This document shows positions 1 to 14,313 of a stretch of DNA of 64,000 nucleotides, piece by piece. Source of the DNA: Octopus sinensis (Eukaryota). The position numbers were made by a program, and so were the translations under genes. The notes beneath the pieces are model-generated. The model ran no database searches, was not told where the DNA came from, and saw nothing but the letters and a program-made list of their open reading frames with translations. The first letter of the stretch is position 1. The number at the start of each line of letters is the position of its first letter. The stretch is taken from assembly GCF_006345805.1 (NCBI RefSeq), contig NC_043013.1:20584001-20648000 (forward strand), written 5' to 3'.

Positions 1-4
1 ATAT

Positions 5-973
5 GCTGAAAATTCATAGGCGGACTATGAAGGAATGATTCTAGAGCTGGGAAAATCTTGCAGGCATTAATATCAGCCCTTCTTTTAAATAAGTGCCATT
101 GTATATTTCCAAATAAAATTACATCTGAATGTTCAAGAAAGAATTCAGATGTAACTAGGAGTGACTTCTTTTGGAAAATGACAAAGTTTGGCATCGTGAT
201 GTTATCAAGTATATGCAGAAAAAAGATTTTAGTCCCCAAGGACAGCTGAATTTAAGTGGACAAGGGAGTCTTGAAGATCACCCCCACATCTGGACGTCCT
301 GCAACTCCTACCACCGAGGAAAACATGGATCGTGTTCAACACATGGTGATGGATGATAGGCGATTGACTATAAATAAAATAGCATAGTTCGTGAGGCCGT
401 TTAAAATATTCTGCAACATGAACTTGACATGACGAAGACTTCTGGTCGGTGGTTGCCACATTTTCTGACATCAGATCAGAAGCGAACGAGGCCGATCACA
501 TCACGAGAAAATGTGAAATTGTGTGAGGCAGATTCAAAGTTTCCTAACTCAGGATGAGTGTTGGGTTCGTCACTCTAAGCCAGAGACAAATAAATAATAC
601 ATGCAGTGGAAACAATCTTCCTTACCTGCTCCAAAGGTCAAGTTCGTTTCATCTACGGGAAAGTTGATGGTCTCAGGTTTGGAATGCAAAACGGCTACAC
701 ATTCAATGGTGTATACTATGTCAACTTACTGAGGCAGTTACGAAAGTTTCTCAGGAAAAAATGCCTAGAGAAATACACAAAACGGGTTTTGTTTTCATCA
801 GGAATTTTTACCAACAGGATGATAGCTTATTCACGAATGGGATCCAAGCATTGCAACACCGATGGAAGAAGTGTGTGGACCAAATGGTGTATTATGTTAA
901 AAAGTAACTTCGTTTGTCCACACTCTTGGAGAGCATCTTGGTCGGTATACGAACTTTTCAGCTGAACCTCGTA
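5..973 (+). mobile_element. Decayed mariner DNA transposon with internal deletions and frameshifts
   Basis: Fragments read MENDKVWHRDVIKYMQKK, FLTQDECWVRHSKPET.*YMQWK (mariner D-motif) and NGVYYVNLLRQLRK. Left end gctgaaaattcatagg (5-20) is inverted relative to right end ...gaacttttcagctgaacctcg-TA (to 973). Confidence 0.85.
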
Positions 974-1854
974 GTTGGTGTCACAGTGTTAGTTGCTGTG
1001 TGTTTCGGCAGGTGGCGGCCATAGCTGAGATAAACGTCCTGCAGACAAATGTCTTCCACAAGATTAACATAAGTTCTTGTTCTTTGGCTTAGTATCATCT
1101 CAGAATTCACCTTGCCTTTCGTCTCGTACGGAGTTCACTGCTGGTATGTTAGTATGAAATGAAGTTCCATCATTCATACTCACCCCATTGATTCTAACTC
1201 TGCGATTACGATCTCCACGAGGTTTTCCTCACCTAGTGGCCGACCATAGGGGATTTACCGTATTTTTGCCTTTATTGCATCTAGATCCAGCCGTAAATTT
1301 GACATCATCAAGATTCTGAGAATCTGGAACACTTTGGTGTCATCAACTCAACATGTGACATCGTGTTTATCAGATCCATCAAAACACAGTAATCACTTAA
1401 AAGTCCTTCGCCTGTCAGCCGTAACACTACCTGTATGAGCTTGAGTACTCACAACCTCATATCTCCTTTCTATTTACCTTGCCGCTCACCTAAATCCCCG
1501 TACCGCTTCTTCACTTTATTCTTCTCTTTTCTCCATACTCTCTTTCTCTCTCACTTCACATTCTCTTTCTTTCCTTAACCTTTTATGCTGATCTATAGGA
1601 GTGCCTGCGTCTATTTTAGGATTCGTGTTTTGATGTAGATATTAGTAATCTCACGTTCCCAGAGCTTCCATTGTTCCTTGCCATGGATCATCATTGAGCA
1701 TTCTCATTTCAAACTGCAAATGGATTCGACCTATAACTCTATTATTTATCCGATCGGAATACTACATAACTCATACCTATTTTACTCTGATTTTCCCCTA
1801 ATTTCACAAATTGGAATATACTATCATCGATTGGTGATATACTCTCATTTTACA

Positions 1855-1931
1855 TCTCTCTTACTCAGATAGAATCCTTTCTCAATATGATGCTGCATAT
1901 GTCTGGCTATTCTAGAAACAGCTGTAAGAGA
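1855..1931 (+). ncRNA. Degenerate hammerhead-like motif (PLE-type)
   Basis: TCTCT...TAGAAT/ATTCTA stem, then GAAAC-AGCT-GTA-AGAGA with palindromic stem III. The CUGANGA box is corrupted. Confidence 0.35.
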
Positions 1932-2583
1932 CTGTGTATGTTTATATTATTTAGTCTAAATTAGATATTTCTTTTACTTTAATCTATGTGTGTGTATATA
2001 AGTATGACGATACAACACACATACGAAATTTTCTTTAGTTCTCTGCAAATGCCTTGGTCTATTCCTCTAGAGACACCGTCCTGGTGTCTAAAGAACCGCT
2101 ATATAATTCAAGCGAATATTCATCTCTGAACACAACCTCTCAATGTGAGATGAGAAGAACTCTAAACTAGTTTGATGTTAGATCACAATTTGCGCTCTGG
2201 TAGCAAGAGAAGTATCAAATCTTGTCATGTCTGTATAACTTATAAGGAATATTCACAGTAATTGGAGGAGATGCAAGCTGCATTATAAAATAACCAAGAC
2301 AGAAGATATTCCTACCAGATTCGTGTGAATTTTGTACCTAAAGCTAACATTTTCTATTGATTAAATTCTAAAAAATTCATCATAGCCTAATAGTAAAAAT
2401 TTCAGTGTATTCTCTTTGCGCATCGCGCACACATATACTCACACGTGCACACACGCATCGACACAAGCACATGAACACACACACATGTGTATTAATTAGA
2501 GCAAATGAATAAGTAACACAATTGCATTACTCAGTTTCATATGCCAGGTCATGTATAATGTTCAGGTAGCAAAACGGATGCTT

Positions 2584-2687
2584 ATGTATGTACGTATGCA
2601 TGTATGTATGTATGTATGTATGTATGTATGTATGTATGTATGTATGTATGTATGTATGTGTATGTGTGTATGTATCTGTCTATCTAA

Positions 2688-2719
<32 letters not shown>

Positions 2720-2771
2720 ATCTATATACATATATATGTCTGTCTATCTGTCTATCTATTTCTCTATCTAA

Positions 2772-2848
<77 letters not shown>

Positions 2849-2863
2849 AATCAATCATCAATC

Positions 2864-2920
<57 letters not shown>

Positions 2921-2999
2921 CTATCTATTTATCTATGTATCTATGTATGTATGTATGTATGTATGTATGTTATGTATCTATCTATCTATCTATCTATCA

Positions 3000-3033
<34 letters not shown>

Positions 3034-3070
3034 TTATCTATGTATCTATGTATGTATGTATGTATGTATG

Positions 3071-3125
<55 letters not shown>

Positions 3126-3182
3126 TTATCTATGTATCTATGTATGTATGTATGTATGTATGTATGTATGTATGTATGTATG

Positions 3183-3221
<39 letters not shown>

Positions 3222-3222
3222 T
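2584..3222. repeat. Compound (ATGT)n/(ATCT)n microsatellite
   Basis: Directly visible; it generates the spurious YVCM/IYLS ORFs. Confidence 0.97.
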
Positions 3223-3283
3223 TGCCTATATGTTTACCTAACAGGCTAGCTGGCTGGTTAGCCGGTCTTCTGACAGCATCTCC

Positions 3284-3328
<45 letters not shown>

Positions 3329-3533
3329 TGTTTATCTATGTATGTTTGTGTGTAGCAGGGTGTGCATGTATGTGCGTGTGTGCATGAGTAGTATTATTGC
3401 ATTACAAGAATACTACGGAGATTACATGTGATTTGCATTATGCATCAGGGGAAACAGACATGACAAGGACCCTGCTAAAGATGGAAATATTTGTATTCCA
3501 TAAATTATAAGACTCACACACACAACAAACAAA

Positions 3534-3571
<38 letters not shown>

Positions 3572-3789
3572 ACACACACATACACACACACACACATGCA
3601 CACACGCGCGCGCAAATAATCTTTTACGACAAATGCAAAGATATGTACTGGCTGGCGGTGAGTCTTGTATAAATCTGCCACTACGACAGTTTACAGAGAC
3701 GGCCATACACCTACACACATACATACATACATACATGCATACCGAACATATGTGTGTGTGCGTGCGTGTATTATATATATATTATATAT

Positions 3790-3837
<48 letters not shown>

Positions 3838-4009
3838 AGTGTATGTGTGTATATATGAAATACAAAATACAAAGTTATATCTTGAGATCGCCAGTAATAA
3901 CAATTCTAAAATATAAAACAGACTGAATTGTAGTGCTCCAAATGAGCTATATTAATAAGTGTGTATATATAATATATATATATATATATATACATCTGAA
4001 CACTACTAT

Positions 4010-4160
4010 AGAATTATTCTTTTAAAAAAACTTTTCTTCTAATTTTTCTAAATTTAATTATTTAATCGTTACAGTTGAAAAGGTCTCAAAATGACCGAAC
4101 CGGTACTGAAATGTTCACTATAAATTATTTTAGCATTTTCTATTTTTTACTTGTTTTTTC
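4010..4160 (+). mobile_element. PLE terminal (pLTR) fragment with degenerate minimal hammerhead at 4072-4108
   Basis: CAG-TTGAAAA-GGTC..GACC-GAAC-CG-GTA-CTG. Homologous to 19330-19460 and lies between (TA)n tracts. Confidence 0.55.
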
Positions 4161-4228
4161 ATATATATATATATATATATATATTAATATATGTAATAAA
4201 CATACATACAAGCATGCTATATATATAT

Positions 4229-4266
<38 letters not shown>

Positions 4267-4584
4267 GTGTGTATACGGATACATACGGTTCTAAGATCCT
4301 ATATGTTCCGTATCTATAATATTTTTCTATGTGTGTATTAGACGATATTAGGAAGAATTTGTTGCACTAAATTCGTGTATAAACATGGCTTATTAACAGG
4401 TCGATAAGACTTTACTGGTAAGCAGGAATATACACATTGTTAGCTGCTAATGCTTAGCGCAATGACTATGAGAAAAGTCAGCTGTAGAATATAGGCTGGT
4501 GTTTCATTGCAGAAAATCAGATTGTACAGTTCAGCAATGAGCAGCATGCAATTTTGTAATTTACTAGAAAAGCTTTGAAAGGTA

Positions 4585-4895
<311 letters not shown>

Positions 4896-4963
4896 CCTGT
4901 ATCAGGCAGCCTGTATGTATGTATGTATGTATGTATGTATATATATATATATATGTAGATCAT

Positions 4964-4996
<33 letters not shown>

Positions 4997-5056
4997 GTAT
5001 GTATATAATCTAGGAATACGTAGATTAGACAAATTAATATATAAAGTATATGTATA

Positions 5057-5250
5057 GCGGCGAGTTGGAAGAAACGTTAGGACGCGGGTATTTTGTCTGT
5101 CTTTACGTTCCGAGATCAAATTCTTTCTACCGAGGTTGACTTTGACTTTCATCTTTTTGGGGTCGATAACTTAAGCACCAGTTGTGTGCTGGGGTCGATG
5201 TAATCGACTGGCTCCCTCCCTAAAAAATTTGGGCCTTGTGCCAAGATTAA
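5057..5250 (+). mobile_element. tRNA-derived SINE, family A
   Basis: Homologous to 24431-24661, including the tttcatc-tttggggtcgataa core. Confidence 0.8.
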
Positions 5251-5766
5251 AATGTATATATATAAAGTATATAAAATACACGACATACAATAAATGTCCA
5301 TATGTATACTTATGCAGAGGTCCACTTTACACAGATTACAAACGATTTAGAGAATTCAAGGGGTGAACTTCTTTGAACTTCTCTCCTTTAACATCTCAAA
5401 TGCAAGATCTCTTCCACGAAGACGTAAGCTCGTCTCGTCCTATGATGAAATCAATCTACAAACATTATTACGGACCCGCGAGCCTTCTGAAACAGCTGCT
5501 GGATTTATAATTCTTTTCCTTCACCTCTTTAATTCTCTATATTATTTGTATTCTGCGTGAGTCGGACATTTATATATATATACATATAGACATTTTTTTT
5601 TTTGTATTTCATGTATATAATATACTTTATATATTGACCTGTCTAACTTGCTTATCCTTACATTTACTTCCATACTTGGTCAAGTTTAAATCTCTTGAGC
5701 ACTACCAAATGTATTCTCGGCAGAGAATATCTGGATCTCATCTATGAACTCTCTCTCTCTCTCTCC

Positions 5767-5800
<34 letters not shown>

Positions 5801-5803
<3 letters not shown>

Positions 5804-6330
5804 GCGAGGACTTAACCAAAAGAAACAGGAATTTTGCAATATTATTTTATTCCCTTAGGTTTTACATGTTTACAATTTTATCGCCTTCAAACTATGCTCC
5901 GTTTGAAGCAATGCATCCGTCCAGAGGCGTTTTCCACGAAATGATGTCTTTTGACGCCACCGACGCTTTTTGTTCTCTTCACCTCTTGAACATCTGAAAA
6001 TTCGGTATCACCAGCTTTCGTCACCAGTGATGACCATCGAAAAAAAAAGGGCCAGAACAATTTCTAGCTCTTCTTTCAATCCACAAAACATATCAACTCG
6101 TAACTACTTTTGATCTTCCGCGAGCAGAGACGCACAAATTTTGCTACAACTCTTTTCATTCACAATTCTTCGCTCAAAATTTGTTGGAAGGCGCTCCATG
6201 ACACACCAATCATATCGACAAGTTTGTCAATTGTTCAGCGACGGTCCTCGAAGCTCAGTTCATGAATTGAGGAGTAGTAGAAATGACGAGTAGTAGATAA
6301 ACGGCTGACTGATGAAGGGGTATCCTTAGT
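5801..6330 (-). mobile_element. Internally deleted mariner remnant
   Basis: Minus strand gives MVITGDESW (first catalytic D), a decayed VAKFV(P)-L..DQK motif and C-terminal CIASNGA*FEGD. Confidence 0.75.
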
Positions 6331-6442
6331 GTTACTTGTCCCGTTTTCCATTTTTTCTCTCGTTCTTTGCATATTTATCGCGTTTGTTTTCGTACTTCAT
6401 GTGTATACACAGTTGGTGACGTCCTGTTCCCAAATATGCATA

Positions 6443-6484
<42 letters not shown>

Positions 6485-6497
6485 TTTTTATAGAAGG

Positions 6498-6548
6498 AGC
6501 TTTTACAGGATTAGAACTGTTTCATTCAGATGAAATCTTCAGGAAGCT
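6498..6548 (-). ncRNA. Type I hammerhead ribozyme, core intact
   Basis: AGCUUC-CUGAAGA-UUUC/AUCU/GAAU-GAAACAG-UUCUAAUC-CUGUA-AAAGCU. One mismatch at the base of stem I. Confidence 0.7.
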
Positions 6549-6562
6549 GGCTTTTGACCGCC

Positions 6563-6613
6563 AGCTTCCTGAAGATTTCATCTGAATGATACAGTTCTAA
6601 TCCTGTAGAAGCT
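6563..6613 (+). ncRNA. Type I hammerhead ribozyme, GAAA mutated to GAUA
   Basis: AGCUUC-CUGAAGA...GAUACAG..CUGUA-GAAGCU. Stems I and III are perfect; core lesion at 6590. Confidence 0.6.
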
Positions 6614-6715
6614 CCTTCTATAAAATAAATTACTTTACTTTGCTATGTATTGAGTACCTTATTTACTGTGGTTTACCCCGACTCAACCCGGGACCTACAC
6701 TATATATATTATATA

Positions 6716-6757
<42 letters not shown>

Positions 6758-6934
6758 TACATACATACATACTTATTGATATTATATATATAACACACGT
6801 ATATGTACACACACACAGACATTTATATACATACGCACACATGTGCATGTCCATGTGTGTGTGATCAGGTGTGTGTGTGTGTGTGCCCGCGCGCGCGTGT
6901 GTGCGTGTGTATGTGTGTGTGTGTGTGTGAAAGC

Positions 6935-7190
6935 GTGTGGCCGAGTATTTAGAGTTTTGCACCCATGATAGATTGTTCGCGGTTTTGACTCCCAGATCGG
7001 CATTGGGTTGTGTTCGTGTGCAAATCACTTAAATTCATCTTGGTCCAGTCCACTCAACCGTAAATGGCTTTCCCTACGCTGGGCTGGCATTCCCGTCAGG
7101 AGAAATGTTGACCTGCGGAGTAGCATCATTTGAAATCTACAACACTTCGAGGAAGCGCATTCTCCCACCAGCGGTCTTTCGCAGCATCCG
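6935..7190 (+). mobile_element. Degenerate tRNA-derived SINE, family C
   Basis: Similar to 13735-13960 (gcgtgtggcc head, ttgtgttc..gcaaatcactt, ccagtccactca). Confidence 0.5.
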
Positions 7191-7262
7191 ATACTCTGGT
7201 TGATACAATTGATACAAACCCGTGCGTCTACATCGGCGTGTGTGTGTGTGTGTGTGTGTATA

Positions 7263-7324
<62 letters not shown>

Positions 7325-7589
7325 GTGTGTGTGTGTGTGTGCGCGCGTGCGTGTGCGTATGTGAGTGTATATCTTAATTTCGTACATAATTCCATTAAGC
7401 TGCTTTTTCGGCATTCCTTTCAACCAATATCATTTATTATCACAATATCATATGCCTTTTTTTAATAGGAAAATGATATCTACAGAAATTCTTCTTACAA
7501 TACGGAGATGTAAGTCTATACTTGAAAAGGTATAAATCTAACCTATACACTCCACCGTGAATATATATATCTGTGTGTAAAGAAAGTTA

Positions 7590-7691
7590 GATGGATAGAC
7601 AGACAGAGAAACAGACAGACACACAGACATAGACAGACACACAGACATAGACAGGCAGACAGGCATAGACAGCTAACTAGCTAGCTAGTTT

Positions 7692-7763
<72 letters not shown>

Positions 7764-7764
7764 C

Positions 7765-7796
<32 letters not shown>
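7590..7796. repeat. (AGAC)n/(AGAT)n microsatellite
   Basis: Directly visible. Confidence 0.95.
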
Positions 7797-7912
7797 CAAG
7801 GTGTTTCGCACACGTATGTGATATTAGTCAAACAGTATTATGGTTATATATTAGGATCAATACAATATTATCGATTAATTTCCTCTTCCAAAAGTTATTG
7901 GTCGCATCTCTA

Positions 7913-8441
<529 letters not shown>

Positions 8442-11400
8442 TATTATTATTATTATCATCATCATCATTATCCTCAGCATCCAGTAATTTTAATGTTAAT
8501 GCAAACTTTGAATGACCTGTCGAATGTAGCTATGTATGCTTTACATGCTGCGCCTTTTTTTATTGGAATTAATCTGCGTTATTTGTTTGTAAGGCACTGG
8601 TATTACCAAGAAGTATTAGTCGTGTGTATGAGATCATTTATAATATATAAGTGTTAAAATATCGGTTTATTGATTTATTTGGAGCTATTTTTTAACCATT
8701 CCTAAGGCAGCTCTCCTTATTCTGGATGTTGTTCCAGTATCCAGATTTCCCATTTGGTTCTCTAGTTTTACTCTTGTATATTTGGAGCATTTCTTCATAT
8801 CCTTAGCTAATACAGCATCGTCTTTTGTAAATGGTATTTCGGTCTGGAACCATATTTGTTACTGTTAAACCTTGAAAACAATATCCGGTCAAATAGATTT
8901 GAATTCTCTTTGACTGTATTCCCCAACTTTGTAGCCATTCAACTGTTTTCTGAAAATGTCTCTGGAATATATTTACACCATCTTTTATTTTTCAGTTTCT
9001 ATTTCTGAATGTTGTTATATCATCTGTGGAAACTTCAGCTCAGATACTCCAGTAATTATGTTTCTTTTTCGTCTAAGACAGAGCAGTAAGAAGCAGTGTT
9101 CTTATCCTAACAGTCACAGCTGCTGAATTCTTTGATACTATGCAACAATGAAATATTCTTCTGCCTCCTTTATGGAGTCCGCTACACCTCTCAGACCATG
9201 CTGAATTTTTTTCTTTATTTTCACAATGTTTTCGCATTCGATGTGTTGGTCACATTGGAGCTTTTCTTGGTAATGTTTTGCAATTGTATTATGTAACCAG
9301 AGGTTTAGTTTCAAGACCATTTCTGTTGCTTCGTTTTCTTCACGACCCCTTGATTTCAGTCTCCTTTATATAATTGTTGAATTTCTTGCAGACTGAAAAC
9401 TGTTATTTTCAAGTTTATATGTTTTGTAGCCAGTTTTATAAGTCTCTTATTTCCTTTTACAACCGTTCTGCATCAAATTTTGATAGCTTTTTAATTGAAT
9501 TCATTATCCGTCTTCTTTTCCTGCCTACACTTGTTAATTCGTTTAGCCATTTTATGACAGGTACACTGAGAGTTTAGATAGCTATGAGTCTCAAGCTTAT
9601 TTCCTGTCTCACTGCTGACAACTGTGACGCTATTTTGAATAAATTAAATTGTGAAGCAAAATGCTATTAAAATTTAGACTTGCAACGAATAACGTGGAGT
9701 TGATTGGGAGATAAACTTATTCTCCTTTGTACCGATCGCATCACGAATTTTCTTCGAAACTCATTCTTGCAAATGGGAAAAGTTTTCAAATTAATATGGC
9801 ATTTTACTTATTACTTGTCATAGAAATAATTTTTCTTTCAAAAAATATTTTGCCGAATATTTTTTCACTCGAAATAAAAGTAAAAATAGTTTATTTGAAC
9901 CTATTTTTCTCTTGAAGTTTGTCAAACTTCAAAATAAATTGATTTTCCGTCTCCTAGCACTTAATTATTGCAATTTTAAGATATAATAGTTGAATAAGTT
10001 TATTATCGATCTACTAATATTGCACAATTACAATTTAATTTTGTCACTAACACGCATAAAATAATTAGCAGTACTGCAGATTGTCACGAAATATCTTGCG
10101 GATTAAAACAAAACAAGGTAACGAATATTTAATTAAAATCTATCATTAATTTTTATTCCTTGTTCGGAGAGTCGTCTTCTTTCTCTGCTATGTAGGATCA
10201 TTAGCCTGTAGTGGATGTTATCACGTAATCATCCAACTTCCTTTATAACAACACTAATGAATCTTGATTTCAATTCATTTCTTTCCGTTTTAGAAAATGA
10301 TTTTCTCAATTTTAATTGAGCTCTTTTGTGATATGATATCTTTTCTTTTAAAAAAGATTTCAAGATTAGAGAAATTGAAAGTAAAGTGATAATATACATC
10401 ACCGATAATTCTCTTCGCTTTCTCCTCTGTTTAAACTGTTTCTCCATCTTCTTAAGACCATCCTCTCACTATCTCCACCACTTCAATTACTTAACTGTCC
10501 TAGCCCCTCCAATTCTTCATTACAATAATCTATTCTCTTTTCTCCTCTTACACTTTCCCACCACTCTTCCACACTCATATATATTTCTTTGCAGTCCAAC
10601 ATCTACTCTTATACAATACCGTACAATACAATTCGTAGTCATTGTAGTATAGAGCTTAGATTGTTGTTGTCGTTGTTGTTGTTGTTGTTATTGGACTTAG
10701 AGCAACTACACTGTATGCTTATCGGGAATAACTGCAATTAATTCATAATAAATGATAATATAGCACAACATGAAATAATACATAATAGCGGGACCCGGGA
10801 ATAATATTTCACGAAATTAATGGAAAACCTTTTGGGTTATTACGGAAAACGTTATCCCCAAAATTTGAAAGCGTAGCTGGTGTCTGTATCAAAAGATAAT
10901 CGCTCATCTGCTAATATTTGGAAATTGAAGGAAACTGGAATACAAGGATTACTTAATGCACTTTATATATATATTTTATATACTTAATACACAGCACTGT
11001 CCCTCTTTCTTTCGCCTTAACCTCTTTTTCTTCGCCTTAAGCACTTTCTCTTTCGCTCTTCGACTTACCTTTCAACGAATCACATGAAAGCGTTACAGAC
11101 GGGCTAAGTAACAAGGGGGAAAATTAGTTTAAAAAATTACACATTTAACTCACAGCCACCCCTCCATCGCCTTGTCATTTCCCCTCCTCTCCCATCCTAT
11201 CACAACCCTCCAGTCTCTCTCACTTCCATTCAACTAATTACGTAGAAGCCTTACGGACGGGCTGAGTAACGGAGGGACAAACATAATTATTATGAGATTT
11301 ATTACATATTGAAGCATTGAAACAGATAATAATTATTTAGTCTATTAGTAACAGGATGTCATATTGGATGGTGATGTCGATAAGGTTTGTCAAAGCGAAC

Positions 11401-11465
11401 GTTGAATCGTTGGCTCGAGTACTGAATATGACTTATATTTAATTCATGAAGCACGGAAACATAAT

Positions 11466-11681
11466 TACGCGTGGGTGCTGAAATGTTTCTGGCTTTAAGG
11501 GTATCGTGAAAGGGCTGGGTGGAGGCCCAACCTTCCGAGTTCTTTTATAGGGCTTAGAAAAACTGAAGAGCCACTGCAATAAGTGTGTGAATCTGTGAGG
11601 GGAATACGTTTAATAAAATCATAACTGACCCGCCTATATTTTCTTTCACTCAAAGCTAGGAACCTTTCACCACACTTCGTA
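11466..11681 (+). mobile_element. Mariner-derived MITE
   Basis: TA-flanked imperfect TIRs cgcgtgggtgctgaaatgtttctggcttt / aaagctaggaacctttcaccacacttcg. Keeps the transposase tail GLEKLKSHCNKCVNL*GEYV. Confidence 0.75.
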
Positions 11682-12716
11682 TACTGGATACTATTTTGAT
11701 GCTTTTACAAACAGTATTCCGTAATAATTATCACTTGTAGACTCAAATGTCATCACTCTATTAGCTGAACATGCACGACTCTTTCAACACATCTACCCAT
11801 ACATATGCAGTAGAAAGCCATACTTTCATTTCATAAGTAAATAGAAAATTGTAAATAACCATAAAAAGAATATCCATTAAAAATGAATTTATAGACGTAA
11901 ATGTTCTCATACCCATTGTTATTAACTCTGTTCTGTACTTTGCCATCCCGAAAAGTGTCCACAAAAATAGCGTATATTCTCCTATGAAGAGGTATATCTA
12001 TTGTTTTATGATAGAGTTGGAATTATATAATTGTTATTATCAGGAGTGGCCTGAGTACAGGACAGGAAAATATATTTTTCGATGACTGGACAGATTGTGG
12101 ATCTTTCAATAATTATTATTTTACTTGTTTTCATTCAATATAAATCGCTGATAGCTGCACAAATGTTATTAATCTATTGATCTAGAATCAAAAACTGTTG
12201 ATATACAAACTTTCAATGGTGTCTACCAATGCAATATCATTCATTGTTGCCATTTAATCAATAAATTATCAAACGGGAAATTACTTGAAAAGAATTAACA
12301 TTAAAACATAATAACAGAAATATTACAAAAATATTGTTAGGAAAACAATGATACGAAATGTAATTTTTTGCTTCAATTTCAGGTGAAGAATGTTCTATTT
12401 GCAGATAAATTTCAATTCTATGAATGAATCGGACCATTATTTCAAGAAACATTAATAGCAACAAAAGATTTCTATTACAAGTTGTTAGTTAACCTAAAGA
12501 TTCTGTATTTTGAAAGACCACAAAGGATATAGAAAACAATGAGAGAAAGCTGTCTGACGAGAGACTTGTAGTTATGGTCGAGAACCTTCTACTAGAAAAA
12601 CTGGTCACCAAAATACACACACTCATACAGACACATATAAACTATCGGTTTCTCTTTCTCAATCCCTCTCTCTTTCACTTTATTTTCTGTATATGCATAT
12701 ATATATATATATAACA

Positions 12717-13621
12717 TACAAAATGGGACAAGAACACAAAACATTCAGATAACTAGGTGATACAAAAAGGGAAAACAAAACATCCAGATAGACGATATAA
12801 AGAAAACAAGGACGGGTCATTCGAAGTTTTCTATCTTCAGTGAACAACCAGATTATCCTCGCAATTTCGGCTGATTATTCTCGAGATTGCACCAATCTGG
12901 CCAGCCTCAAGGAAAAACTAAGCTAAGAGCATTAGATTCCTTGGAAGAAAGCAGCGAATGTATACGAAAACAAGGACGGAAAAAACGGACAATGTTACAC
13001 AAATATAAATACAATTAAAAATACAATAAAAATAATAACAGGACATAACAACAGGTGTATTTCGACTAAGAACGAATTGGATTAAGATGGCGCGTGTGGA
13101 AATGAAGCCTTACGGCAGAGAAAGGAACTTTTCACAAACACAGAGAAGAATATCGATGTTGCACGGATCACGGTCAGACCAAGAAAGAAAGGGCAGGTTG
13201 ATCGATCGGTCACGTGGGAAGAGAAGTGAGAGAAGTAGAAGCAGAGGGATAGAAGAGTTAAGGAGGGGCGAGAAAAAATGACAGGGACACAGTGACGTAA
13301 AAAGTGGAGGGAAAGTGAGCATGAAGAGAAGGCAAAGAAATGTGAGAGAGAGGGAACGAAAGAACGAAGAGTGGATTGAACGAATAAGCATGAAAGGGCT
13401 AATAGAAAGGGCTGATAGAAATAGAGTTGTTCAAGATTTTGGCCAGATTGGAGCAATCTCAAGAATAATCAGCCGAAATTGCGAGGATAATCTGGTTGTT
13501 GACTGAAGATAGAAAACTTCCACTGACCCGTCCTTGTTTTCTTTATATCGTCTATCTGGATGTTTTGTCCCTTTTTGTATCACCTGGTTATCCGGATGTT
13601 TTGCGTTCTTGTACCATTTTG

Positions 13622-13623
<2 letters not shown>
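12717..13623. mobile_element. Element with ~185-bp inverted terminal segments in (TA)n, probably PLE-derived
   Basis: 12717-12903 is the reverse complement of 13441-13623, with a purine-rich interior. A third copy of the terminal segment is at 35728-35847. Confidence 0.65.
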
Positions 13624-13652
<29 letters not shown>

Positions 13653-13734
13653 GCGGTGTACGTACACTTTGTTGGCTCTCTCTCTCTCTCTTTTTCTATA
13701 TATATATATATATATATATCGTGTGTGTGTGTGT

Positions 13735-13960
13735 GGAGGCGCGTGGCTTAGTGGTTAAGGTGTCAGCACTGTTATGTCAGATTGTGGTCTCGATTACTGG
13801 ACCGGGCGACGCGTTGTGTTCTTGAGCAAAATACTTCATTTCACGTTGCTTCAGTCCACTCAGCTGGCAAAAATGGACTGGCGTTCCGTCCAGCTAGGGA
13901 CAACATACGCCAAAGAAATTGGGCCCATGAGCCTGGCTAGGTTTTAAAAGGGCGCATTTA
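13735..13960 (+). mobile_element. tRNA-derived SINE, family C
   Basis: A-box tggcttagtgg, B-box-like ggtctcgattac and core tgtgttcttgagcaaaatactt. Confidence 0.7.
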
Positions 13961-13968
13961 TTTAGTTT

Positions 13969-14011
<43 letters not shown>

Positions 14012-14243
14012 GTAATGTAAGAAATTTAAAACGTATAGTAGAATACGTTATTGAAGGAGCAAACATCCGATAAAGAACCTCATTTTTTAGATAGAATGGA
14101 AAGATATAATTACTATATCAAATAATGTTCATTAATTCGAGTCCCCGCTGGCAGCAGTTGGCAGCACAGTCACCTATCAGCTGCCACATGAAACGATCAG
14201 CAACCAATGGAGTATGCTCATTTGGTTACATAATAAACACTGA

Positions 14244-14313
<70 letters not shown>

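Larger units (their letters stand above)
6486..6702. mobile_element. Palindromic PLE/retrozyme-like element with two divergent hammerheads, in (TA)n
   Basis: 66-bp arms (6486-6551 and 6560-6625) with 2 mismatches and an 8-nt loop, then a unique tail to 6702. (TA)n on both sides. Same family as 20404-20502. Confidence 0.8.

Noticed and set aside
2551-3431. Long ORFs of 160-232 aa
   Set aside because: Translations of ATGT/ATCT microsatellite; all three frames are open for trivial reasons.
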